This document shows, piece by piece, positions 1-7,016 of a stretch of DNA of 12,813 nucleotides. A model generated the notes under the pieces. That model was not told where the DNA came from. It did not search any database and saw only the letters and a list, made by a program, of their open reading frames with translations. Location: positions 1 to 12,813 of the forward strand of contig JAXDQU010000115.1 in NCBI GenBank assembly GCA_034667685.1, written 5' to 3'. The position numbers and the translations under genes are program-made. This DNA is from Thermoplasmata archaeon. GTDB lineage: Archaea > Thermoplasmatota > SW-10-69-26 > JACQPN01 > JAJPHT01. Numbering within the stretch: the stretch's first letter is position 1; each line of letters starts with the position of its first letter.

Positions 1-114
1 CAGCCTCAGCCTCAGCCTCAGCCTCAGCCTCAGCCTCAGCCTCAGCCTCAGCCTCAGCCTCAGCCTCAGCCTCAGCCTCAGCCTCAGCCTCAGCCTCAGC
101 CTCAGCCTCAGCCT
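1..114. repeat. Perfect hexamer tandem array (CAGCCT)x19, truncated by the window edge
   Basis: 19 exact CAGCCT units read directly from position 1 to 114. The TGA stop of the adjacent minus-strand gene (108-110) lies inside the array. Confidence 0.98.
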
Positions 115-494
115 TCGATCCCACTTCGGTTCCCACCGCGCCGTCTCTCCATGGCGTGGATCAGTGTCGTGACCATCGCCATGACCTGCTCCAGCCCCTC
201 TTGAGCCGCGTCGATACCCGTGGCTTCCGGGGCCTCGATGAGAACGAGATCGAGCGCCGCGATGCACTCTGCCGAGGAGCGACGTGACATGCGGTAGAAC
301 CGCGCCTTCTCGGCCGCGCTGAACTCGGCGGCTCCCTCCGCAAGGTTGAGCACCATGGAGTACGAGGCGCGAGTCATCTGGTCGCGAAGCTCGCCGTGCG
401 CGGTCCCGAGCCGGTTGCGGACGTCTCGGAGGAGTCGGACGGCTCCGAGAGCGGCCTTGTACGCATGCAGCTTGTCGTGCGGTGGCTTGCCCAT
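108..494 (-). CDS. Four helix bundle protein (23S rRNA IVP / Avd-like family), 128 aa
   Basis: Family hallmarks: N-terminal H-x-K-L-x-A-Y, [41 protein letters not shown], typical length. ATG at 494. Confidence 0.9.
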   Translation of the reverse strand: MGKPPHDKLHAYKAALGAVRLLRDVRNRLGTAHGELRDQMTRASYSMVLNLAEGAAEFSAAEKARFYRMSRRSSAECIAALDLVLIEAPEATGIDAAQEGLEQVMAMVTTLIHAMERRRGGNRSGIEG

Positions 495-557
495 CGTAGA
501 CAGGGTCGCGCACGTTGACTTGGCATTTGTCCCCCGGAATGCGACGCTGCGGATTGG

Positions 558-581
558 AGGCTAGGGCTGAGGCTGAGGCTA
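558..581. repeat. Degenerate 4-unit hexamer array AGGCTA-GGGCTG-AGGCTG-AGGCTA, reverse complement of the 1-114 unit
   Basis: Direct reading; AGGCTG is the reverse complement of CAGCCT. Contains the TAG stop (579-581) of the upstream minus-strand gene. Confidence 0.9.
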
Positions 582-1019
582 AGGGGTCGGCTTCCGCTTC
601 CACAGCGTCGTCCCACGGAACCCGCCCTCGACGTAGCCCACCATCCAGCGGACCTCCTCGCTGTTGTCGTCGGCCTCCGGGTCGTTCGCCAGGTCGGACA
701 TCGCGACCGCGACGTCGAGCAGCGCGAGGGCGCGCGGGTCCTTGGCGTTGAGCCGCTGGAGGTAGTGCTGCGCGTCGGGGCACCGGTCGTGCAGGATCAC
801 CTTGTCCTTCATCGGCACCAGCGGGTACGTCTTGCAGCGGACGGGCCGCATGGGGCCGAGCTGGCAGCCGGAGCCCGGCGTGAGGAAGTAGCAGGCGCCG
901 CAGCAGCGCTTGACGCATTGCTCCTCGCCCGCGGCGTGGTGCTCCGCGCAGCGCCACGGGAACTGGTCGGCGAGCTCGGGCTGGAGCCATCCGGGCTTCA
1001 CGCGCACCGGCGTCTTCAT
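579..1019 (-). CDS. YkgJ/CxxCxxCC-like cysteine cluster (putative Zn/Fe-chelating) protein, 146 aa
   Basis: CVKRCCGAC...GC...RPVRCKTYP...RCP matches the YkgJ-family pattern. ATG at 1019 is preferred because the longer ORF to 1424 overlaps the response regulator on the opposite strand. Confidence 0.7.
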   Translation of the reverse strand: MKTPVRVKPGWLQPELADQFPWRCAEHHAAGEEQCVKRCCGACYFLTPGSGCQLGPMRPVRCKTYPLVPMKDKVILHDRCPDAQHYLQRLNAKDPRALALLDVAVAMSDLANDPEADDNSEEVRWMVGYVEGGFRGTTLWKRKPTP

Positions 1020-1100
1020 GACGGGGGCAGCGCCGCGCGGACCTGAATACTCTCCATAGACGACACGTTGAAGTCCCCCTCGCCGTGCTGGCTTGGCGTC

Positions 1101-1472
1101 ATGTCGCGCCGCCCCCTGGTCTTGCTCGTGGACGACGAGCCTTCGATCCTGCGGAGCACGGGACTGCTGCTGGAGGACCTGGGCTTCCGGGTCCACGCGC
1201 TGGGCGAGCACGAGGGCGTCGCCGAGGCGGCGCGGCAGCTCGCTCCCGACGTGATCCTCCAGGACGTGCGCATGCCCGGCCTCGACATCGAGCGGCTCGT
1301 CCGGGCGCTGCGCGCCCAGAAGGCGACCGCCGGCATCCCGATCGTGCTCTTCTCGGCCTCGATGGACCTCGAGGAGATCGGGGGCCGCGTGGCGGTGGAC
1401 GACGTGCTGGAGAAGCCGTTCCACCCTGAACAGTTGCAGGCGGCGCTCGAACGAGCGCTGAAGGCCGCCTGA
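1101..1472 (+). CDS. Single-domain (CheY-like) response regulator, 123 aa
   Basis: VLLVDDE acidic pocket, phosphoacceptor Asp in ILQDVRMPG, IPIVLFSA, and EKPF. ATG at 1101 with TATA-like GTTGAAG about 30 bp upstream. Confidence 0.93.
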   Translation: MSRRPLVLLVDDEPSILRSTGLLLEDLGFRVHALGEHEGVAEAARQLAPDVILQDVRMPGLDIERLVRALRAQKATAGIPIVLFSASMDLEEIGGRVAVDDVLEKPFHPEQLQAALERALKAA

Positions 1473-1529
1473 GTCTTCGCCATTTGTCCCGGAAGCGACT
1501 CAGGCCCCGCTCTCCAGGTTGGCCCGAGC

Positions 1530-1700
1530 ATGGCCGACGGCGAAGACGATCCCCGACCGCGCCTCCGCACCTTCCTGGCGCGTCTCTTCGGACGATCCAA
1601 GGAGGGGAAGAACGGCACGCACCGCGTCGAGGGGTACGTGCCGCCCCACAGCACGCGCGTCCACCAGGGCGACGAGCTGGACGGGGGCAGGGAGGAGTAG
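1530..1700 (+). CDS. Small hypothetical protein, 56 aa (not in the supplied ORF track)
   Basis: ATG 1530 to TAG 1700: MADGEDDPRPRLRTFLARLFGRSKEGKNGTHRVEGYVPPHSTRVHQGDELDGGREE. Mostly G/C-ending codons; ends 3 bp before the convergent korB stop. Confidence 0.6.
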   Translation: MADGEDDPRPRLRTFLARLFGRSKEGKNGTHRVEGYVPPHSTRVHQGDELDGGREE

Positions 1701-1703
1701 CGC

Positions 1704-2594
1704 TCAGTACAGCTCGGCCATGAGCGCCTTGCGCTGGTCCGCGGTGATCCCGAGCTTGCGCTTGGCGGGATTGCCCACGGCGTAGGCGCGCTCGCCCTCT
1801 TCGTACGTGGGCTTCTGCGTCTCGTAGAAGACGCCCACGGGCACCTTGTCCTCCGGGCCCAGCGTGGGCCACTCGACGGCGCGCGCGACGGCCGCGCTGA
1901 AGTCCTCCTTGTCGTGCCCCTTCTCCTGGAGGTTGTAGACGCGCTCGCGGAACCAGTCGTACGTGTTGAGCTTGTTGTACGTCACGCACGGGCTCTGCAC
2001 GTCGATGAACGAGAAGCCCTTGTGCTCCACGCCCTTCTGGATCAGCTCGGCGAGGCCCTTCGCGTCGCCCGAGAAGCCGCGCGCCACGAACGACGCGCCC
2101 GCCATGAGCGCGAGGCCGACGGGGTTGATGGGCTGCTCGATGTTGCCGAACGGCGTGCTCTTCGTCTTGTGGCCGATCAGCGACGTGGGCGAGGTCTGGC
2201 CCGTGGTGAGGCCGTAGATCTCGTTGTTCATGACCACGTACGTGATGTCCATGTTGCGCCGCATCGCGTGCAGGAAGTGGCCCGAGCCGATGCCGTAGCC
2301 ATCGCCGTCGCCGCCGGTGGCGATGACGGTGAGGTCGGGGTTGGCGAGCTTGATGCCTTGGGCGACGGGGAGCGCGCGGCCGTGCAGCGAGTGGATGCCG
2401 TACGCCTTCAGGAAGTGGGGCAGGTTGCTGCTGCACCCGATGCCGGAGACGACCGCGACCTCGTGCGGCTGCTTGCCGGCGCCCACGAGCGCGCGCGTGA
2501 CGCCCGTGAGGACGGCGTAGTCGCCGCAGCCGGGGCACCACGTGGGCTTCGTGTTGACCTTGTAGTCCGCCAGTTGCACCGTGATCGCCGCCAT
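1704..2594 (-). CDS. korB: 2-oxoacid:ferredoxin oxidoreductase subunit beta (TPP-binding)
   Basis: WCPGCG, SGIGCSS, LHGRA, GGDGDG...NNEIYGLTTGQTSPTS and SPCVTYN motifs. Start overlaps the alpha-subunit stop (TAATG). Substrate specificity cannot be determined from sequence. Confidence 0.96.
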   Translation of the reverse strand: MAAITVQLADYKVNTKPTWCPGCGDYAVLTGVTRALVGAGKQPHEVAVVSGIGCSSNLPHFLKAYGIHSLHGRALPVAQGIKLANPDLTVIATGGDGDGYGIGSGHFLHAMRRNMDITYVVMNNEIYGLTTGQTSPTSLIGHKTKSTPFGNIEQPINPVGLALMAGASFVARGFSGDAKGLAELIQKGVEHKGFSFIDVQSPCVTYNKLNTYDWFRERVYNLQEKGHDKEDFSAAVARAVEWPTLGPEDKVPVGVFYETQKPTYEEGERAYAVGNPAKRKLGITADQRKALMAELY

Positions 2595-4363
2595 TAGTGC
2601 ATCACCGCCTGCTTGCCGCCGGACTTGAGGACGGCCTGCACCTTGGCGACGATGTCGTCGGGCCAGAAGGGCTCGCCGTCGTATTTGCGGAGCGTGTCCG
2701 TCGGGAACCAGCCGATCTCCGCGCGGATGAGCCGCTCGAGCTGGCCGGTCTGGTTGCCTTCGATCATGAGCGTGAACTTCTCCTTCGCGAGCATCGCCTT
2801 GAGCTTCTCGTGGTCGAGCGGGTAGAGGTCGGTGAACTCGATCGACGCGACCTCGACGCCCTGCTGCTTGAGCGTCGCCATCGCCTCGCGCACCGCGCCG
2901 TGCGTGGAGCCCCAGGAGACGAGCGTGACCGGCGCGTTGGCGGGCCCGACGCGCTCCGGCATCCGGAGGTCATGGCGCGCGCCGTCGAGCTTCTTCCAGC
3001 GCTTGTCCATCTGGCGCTTGCGCATCTCGACGGCGTCGGGCAGGCCCGCGCGCACGTCCGAGATCAGCGTGCCGTCCTCGTCGTGCTCGTCGGAGCCGGC
3101 GATGTACGCGGCGTCCTTCGTGCCGGGCACGATGCGGGGGCTCACGCCGTCGTCGGTGAGCTTGTAGCGCATCGGCGCGCCCTGGCCGTCCCACATCTTG
3201 CCGCGGTCGAGGCGCGCGGACTCCATCGGGAACTCCTCGCTCGTCTCGAAGTGCTCCGAGAGGAGGAGGTCGCTGAGCACGAGCACGGGCGTCTGCCACT
3301 TCTCCGCGAGGTTGTGCGCGCGGAGCGTCGCCTCGTACGCCTCGGGCACGGTGCGCGGCGCGAGCACGATGCGCGGGTAGTCGCCCTGGCCCGCGCCCAT
3401 GACCATGTTGAGGTCGCCCTGCTCCGTCTTCGTCGGAAGGCCCGTCGAGGGACCGCTGCGCTGCGAGACCATGACCACGAGCGGCGTCTCGGTGATGCCG
3501 GCCATGCCCATCGCCTCGACCATCAGCGCGAAGCCGCCACCCGAGGTGCTGCACATGCTGCGCGCGCCCGCGTAGGCCGCGCCGATGGCCATGTTGATGA
3601 CGGCGATCTCGTCCTCGCACTGCTTGACCACGATGCCCAGCTCGGGGCCGTGGTCCGCGAGGAACTGGCCCACGCTGGTCGCGGGCGTCATCGGATAGAA
3701 GGAATAGAAGTGGCACCCGGCCGCCATGGCGCCCAGCGCGATGGCCTGGTTGCCGGTGAGGAAGATGCGCTTGCGGTCCGCGTAGGGAAGCGCGAAGTCC
3801 ATCGCGCCCCACTTCTCGGTCGCGTAGTTGATGCCCGCCTGCGCGGCCTTCAGGTTCGCCTCGACGACGTCGGCCTTCTTGTGGCCGAACTGGTCCTCGA
3901 GCACGCTCTTGAACTTGTCCACCGGCGCCTTGATGAACGCCATCGCCGCGCCCACCGCCACCGTGTTGGCCATGATCGGGTTCGGGCTGAACTCCTTCGC
4001 CAGCTCGTAGAGCGGCATCGGACAGAGCGTGACGCCCTTGGGCACGTCGGCCTCCGTGATCTTGACCTTCGTGGGATCGAAGATGACGCGCGCGCCCGCC
4101 GAGAGCGTGTCCTTGTGGACGTCCACGGTCTGCTTGTTGAGCGCGATCAGGATGTCCGCCCGCTGGCCCACGTAGAGCACGGGATCCTTGCCGCCGCGGA
4201 TCTGGAACCACACGTGGCCGCCGCGGATGACGGACTGGTAGGAGTTGTAGGCGTAGACGTGCTGCGCGCTGCGCGAGAGCGTCTTGCCGAAGATCTCGCC
4301 GGTGGACGCGACGCCGTCGCCGGCCGCGCCCCCGATGCGGATGCTCACTTCGGTGCGAGACAT
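2594..4363 (-). CDS. korA: 2-oxoacid:ferredoxin oxidoreductase subunit alpha (gamma-alpha fusion type)
   Basis: IGGAAGDG, YQSVIRGGH, LTGNQAIALGA, YPMTPAT, EDEIA, TSGGGFALM, QRSGPSTGLPTKTEQGD motifs; 589 aa. Confidence 0.96.
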   Translation of the reverse strand: MSRTEVSIRIGGAAGDGVASTGEIFGKTLSRSAQHVYAYNSYQSVIRGGHVWFQIRGGKDPVLYVGQRADILIALNKQTVDVHKDTLSAGARVIFDPTKVKITEADVPKGVTLCPMPLYELAKEFSPNPIMANTVAVGAAMAFIKAPVDKFKSVLEDQFGHKKADVVEANLKAAQAGINYATEKWGAMDFALPYADRKRIFLTGNQAIALGAMAAGCHFYSFYPMTPATSVGQFLADHGPELGIVVKQCEDEIAVINMAIGAAYAGARSMCSTSGGGFALMVEAMGMAGITETPLVVMVSQRSGPSTGLPTKTEQGDLNMVMGAGQGDYPRIVLAPRTVPEAYEATLRAHNLAEKWQTPVLVLSDLLLSEHFETSEEFPMESARLDRGKMWDGQGAPMRYKLTDDGVSPRIVPGTKDAAYIAGSDEHDEDGTLISDVRAGLPDAVEMRKRQMDKRWKKLDGARHDLRMPERVGPANAPVTLVSWGSTHGAVREAMATLKQQGVEVASIEFTDLYPLDHEKLKAMLAKEKFTLMIEGNQTGQLERLIRAEIGWFPTDTLRKYDGEPFWPDDIVAKVQAVLKSGGKQAVMH

Positions 4364-4369
4364 GAGGAT

Positions 4370-4425
4370 TCACCGGAATTCGGGATTGGGCCGACAGACC
4401 CGGGATTCCAGCTTAACGGTTTGCG
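4370..4425 (-). promoter_or_regulatory. Putative BRE/TATA promoter and GGTGA ribosome-binding site of korAB
   Basis: Minus strand CGCAAACCGTTAAG (4425-4412) resembles an archaeal BRE plus TATA box. GGTGA (4374-4370) lies 6 nt before the ATG. Confidence 0.55.
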
Positions 4426-4430
4426 TTGAC

Positions 4431-4620
4431 GGAGGGCAAGGTCAAGGGCAGGGGCAAGGGCAAGTTCTCATCCCCACGTCGTTTGCCGGCGCTCCTTTTC
4501 CAAACACCGAGAATCCCGGAATCCGCGGATGCCTCGGATGCGCGGCGTCAGGAAAGGAGCGCCACCAAGACAGCCATCGGATAGGAACTTGCCTTGCCAC
4601 TGCCCTTGACCTTGCCCTCC
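4431..4620. repeat. ~190-bp imperfect palindromic element (MITE-like or structured RNA) with terminal inverted repeats built from GGGCAA-like hexamers
   Basis: 4431-4451 is the exact reverse complement of 4600-4620 (21 bp). Pairing continues to about 4473/4579 with a few mismatches and a bulge. Inner stem 4488-4501 pairs with 4551-4563. Confidence 0.88.
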
Positions 4621-4678
4621 CAACCGCATCGACGGCGCAGCCAGAACCGCGAATCGCCCCGCGGCAGAGGGCTTCCCC

Positions 4679-5020
4679 ATGCCCGAAGAGACGACCGGCG
4701 GGCCGCTCACGACCGACGCGCGGACGCCGACGCGCCAGGACGACGCGCCCCGCGGACCGCCCGAGCGCTCCCCCTACGAGATCGCTCCCCGCGACGACCT
4801 CCTGGGCACGCGCGCGATCCACGTCATGCTGCGCGACCTTCCCTTCCCGCTCACGGCGCGGGACGTCCTGGAGCGCGCGGGCGCCTGGCGCGTTCCCGTC
4901 ACCGGCGCGCACTTCCACCCGCTCGCGCAATACCTCGAAGGCATCCCCGACCGGCGCTACCGGAACGTGGACGCGCTCGTGAAGGCCATCGAGAAGGCGC
5001 ACCGGGACCTCGCGCCTTAG
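4679..5020 (+). CDS. DUF2795-like small protein, 113 aa
   Basis: LRDLPFPLTARDVLERAG...LEGIPDRRYRNVDALVKAI resembles the FP-x-T...LPDR-x-Y pattern of DUF2795-type domains; high GC3. Confidence 0.65.
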   Translation: MPEETTGGPLTTDARTPTRQDDAPRGPPERSPYEIAPRDDLLGTRAIHVMLRDLPFPLTARDVLERAGAWRVPVTGAHFHPLAQYLEGIPDRRYRNVDALVKAIEKAHRDLAP

Positions 5021-5074
5021 GAGCATCTGCGCGCGCAGATGACCTCAGGGGCATGTGCGTGCGCAGGTGTCCCT
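5019..5074. repeat. Two tandem ~27-bp palindromic repeats between convergent genes (REP-like or possible terminator)
   Basis: AGGAGCATCTGCGCGCGCAGATGACCT (5019-5045) and AGGGGCATGTGCGTGCGCAGGTGTCCCT (5047-5074) match at 21 of 27 positions. Copy 1 contains a perfect 18-bp palindrome (5024-5041). Confidence 0.75.
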
Positions 5075-5420
5075 AGCCCGCCGCCGTGGACGACCCGCCG
5101 CGGCGCGCCGCGTTGACCCGCGCGTCGGCCAGGGCGCGCTTGGCGGCTTGGATGGCGACGAGGGCGGCTTCGACGGAGGCGTCGGCGCGGGCGAGGACGG
5201 CGTCGAGGTCGGGGGAGCCGGCGGCGGCCATGTCGTCGATGGCGAAGGAGGCGAGGGCGGAGTCGAGGGACGCCTTGGAGGCGGCGATGGTGGACTCCGC
5301 GCTGTGGTAGGGTTCGAGGGCTCGCGTGAGGTTGGCCGCCTCGGAGGCGAGGGAGGTCGCGCAGTGCGACAGCTCGCGGGCGGCCCGGATCGCATGGCGC
5401 GTGCGCTCCTGACCCGTCAC
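5073..5420 (-). CDS. Hypothetical Ala-rich alpha-helical protein, 115 aa
   Basis: GTG start with BRE/TATA-like CCAAAGGTTCAAT about 25-37 bp upstream; high GC3; amphipathic helical pattern. Confidence 0.6.
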   Translation of the reverse strand: MTGQERTRHAIRAARELSHCATSLASEAANLTRALEPYHSAESTIAASKASLDSALASFAIDDMAAAGSPDLDAVLARADASVEAALVAIQAAKRALADARVNAARRGGSSTAAG

Positions 5421-5458
5421 GTCGGCTGCACCTGTTTGGGGACGATTGAACCTTTGGT

Positions 5459-5653
5459 CTACTTCTTTTTGTGCAGCCGGCGTCGCGCCTCTTCGAGCTC
5501 GCGTTCGGCGTCCTCGAGCGCGCGCCGGGCTTCGTCGAGGTCGATGGTGCCGCCGCGCATGGCGGCGCGGAGGCGGTCGAGGGCTTGTTCGAGACGTCGG
5601 GCGGCCTGGCCGACGGCCTCGTCGTCCTCCGGCTCCTGGTCGTCACGGCCCAC
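5459..5653 (-). CDS. Hypothetical coiled-coil helical-hairpin protein, 64 aa
   Basis: GTG start preceded by GGAGGGAG (RBS-like); heptad pattern; high GC3. Confidence 0.65.
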   Translation of the reverse strand: MGRDDQEPEDDEAVGQAARRLEQALDRLRAAMRGGTIDLDEARRALEDAERELEEARRRLHKKK

Positions 5654-5775
5654 TCGCTCCCTCCATCGTCATGCCGGCGCCGTGCTATCATGGGGCCCTC
5701 CTCATCAAAACATATGGGGGCGGGCAGGCCGACACGTCCGGCTTCGGCGCGGCCGATCGACGCCGCCGCCCAAGC

Positions 5776-5970
5776 CTACGAGCGCGTTTGACGGTTCCGG
5801 AGCCGCGCGGCTTCGAGGGCTTGCTGGGCCTCGCGGAGGCGCGCCTGGGCCCTTTCGAACTGGCCGTCGAGGGCGTCGGGGTTGGCGGCGAGGGCTTCGA
5901 CGAGCTCGCGGCAGGCTTCCTCGAACGCCTCCAGCGTCTTGCGAAGCTCACGGTCCCCTTCGCCGTGCAT
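5776..5970 (-). CDS. Hypothetical coiled-coil helical-hairpin protein, 64 aa
   Basis: ATG 5970: MHGEGDRELRKTLEAFEEACRELVEALAANPDALDGQFERAQARLREAQQALEAARLRNRQTRS. This is the protein-like tail of the supplied 352-aa ORF, whose upstream part overlaps another gene. Confidence 0.62.
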   Translation of the reverse strand: MHGEGDRELRKTLEAFEEACRELVEALAANPDALDGQFERAQARLREAQQALEAARLRNRQTRS

Positions 5971-6023
5971 CCGCCCGTGCTGCGGCAGTCCTTCGGGAAA
6001 TAGGTGCGCCGGACGGCGGCAGG

Positions 6024-6767
6024 CTAGCCGGCGAGGTAGGCGACGAGGCTGCGCAGCGACGCCTCGGCCGCGTGTCCGTTCGGCCCGTCGAGGGCTGGGA
6101 CGGGCACGACGCGGACGCGGAATGGCGGCCGCTGCGCGACTTCGGCGAGGGGGTGGCGAAGGAGCGGCGTGGCGGGGGGCCAGCGCGCGAGCCAGGCGTC
6201 CTCGGGGGCGCGGGCGAGGTCGACGAGGTCGCGTTGTCCCAGCGCGTGGCCGAGGGCCGCGAGCGCTTCGGCGCCCACCGTGACGACGGCTTGGGGCCGC
6301 AGGAGGCTCAGCAGGCGCGTGAGGTGGGTGGCGGCGGCGTCGCGGACGGCGGGCATCGGGGCGAGGTCGAAGGGGTTGGCGTGCGCGAGATGCGCGACGC
6401 TGAAGAGCGCGGCCGGGGGCGCGGCGGCCGCGGCGTCCCACCAGCGCGCGGAGGGGCTCGACGTCTCCCCTTCGATCTGAAGGCCGAGGCGTTCGCGCGC
6501 TTCGCGGGGGCCGGTGAAGGGGATGCCCGTCGCCCGCGAGCCGGCGTCGGGGGAGCCTGCGAGGACGAGGGCGCCGGCGCGGGCGAGGCCGCGGGCGTAG
6601 AGCTGGAGGAAGTCGTGCACGAGGGGCCACTGGTCCGCGACGCTCGCGCCGATGCGCACGCCCTGGCGTCCCAGCTTCTCGGCGAGGCGCGCTTCGACGC
6701 CGACGAGGTCGCGGTAGGCGACGAGCACGTCCTCGACGACGCCCGTCTGCGCGATGACCGCGTCCAT
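6024..6767 (-). CDS. Uracil-DNA glycosylase superfamily (SMUG1/SMUG2, DUF4918-like) protein with degenerate catalytic motifs, 247 aa
   Basis: FLQLYA...LVLAGSPDAGSRATGIPFT and RPQAVVTVG align by eye to the F..Y...ILGxNPG..G..TGIPFT and P..VI.LG segments of the family. TATA-like AGAAGCGTTATC about 30 bp upstream. Confidence 0.6.
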   Translation of the reverse strand: MDAVIAQTGVVEDVLVAYRDLVGVEARLAEKLGRQGVRIGASVADQWPLVHDFLQLYARGLARAGALVLAGSPDAGSRATGIPFTGPREARERLGLQIEGETSSPSARWWDAAAAAPPAALFSVAHLAHANPFDLAPMPAVRDAAATHLTRLLSLLRPQAVVTVGAEALAALGHALGQRDLVDLARAPEDAWLARWPPATPLLRHPLAEVAQRPPFRVRVVPVPALDGPNGHAAEASLRSLVAYLAG

Positions 6768-6848
6768 GGCCGAGCAGCGCCAGCGCGAGGTGCGACGATA
6801 ACGCTTCTGATTCGAACGCGCGTCGTCGCACCATATGCTCTCGTCATG

Positions 6849-7016
6849 TCACCGCGGGGGGCGCTCGCGCGTCTTCCTCCGGGCGACGACCTCCTTGAAC
6901 TCGGCCATGCGGCCGCAGCGCGGGCAGAAGGCGTTGAGATGTGCATCCAGGGTGGGATCGGTTCCTTCCCAGCCGCACGTCTCACAAACGAACTCGAATG
7001 GCAACGGGCCCCCCAT
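6849..7016 (-). CDS. C(P)xCG-type zinc-finger microprotein, 55 aa (not in the supplied ORF track)
   Basis: MGGPLPFEFVCETCGWEGTDPTLDAHLNAFCPRCGRMAEFKEVVARRKTRERPPR, with two CxxCG knuckles. Alternative TTG start at 7004. Confidence 0.75.
   Translation of the reverse strand: MGGPLPFEFVCETCGWEGTDPTLDAHLNAFCPRCGRMAEFKEVVARRKTRERPPR

Noticed and set aside
1-114. CRISPR array
   Set aside because: Simple hexamer tandem repeat without spacers; no repeat-spacer structure or cas genes anywhere in the window.
1-581. Diversity-generating retroelement or rRNA intervening sequence suggested by the Avd/IVP-like gene
   Set aside because: No reverse transcriptase, no TR/VR pair and no rRNA sequence in the window.
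1914-4429. Long plus-strand ORFs (227 aa, 610 aa) and other alternative-frame ORFs over korAB
   Set aside because: Antisense or shadow frames typical of high-GC coding DNA; R/A/G/P-rich or mirror-like sequence with no motifs.
4431-4620. SRP RNA, RNase P RNA or tRNA identity for the long hairpin
   Set aside because: CAGGAAAGGAGC loosely recalls SRP helix 8, but here it pairs at long range with 4488-4501. I could not find the other SRP, RNase P or cloverleaf hallmarks. An Rfam scan would settle it.
4284-5026. ORFs with GQGQGQ or CPCPCP repeats crossing the palindromic element
   Set aside because: These peptides are translations of the hexamer repeats, and the frames overlap korA or the DUF2795-like gene.
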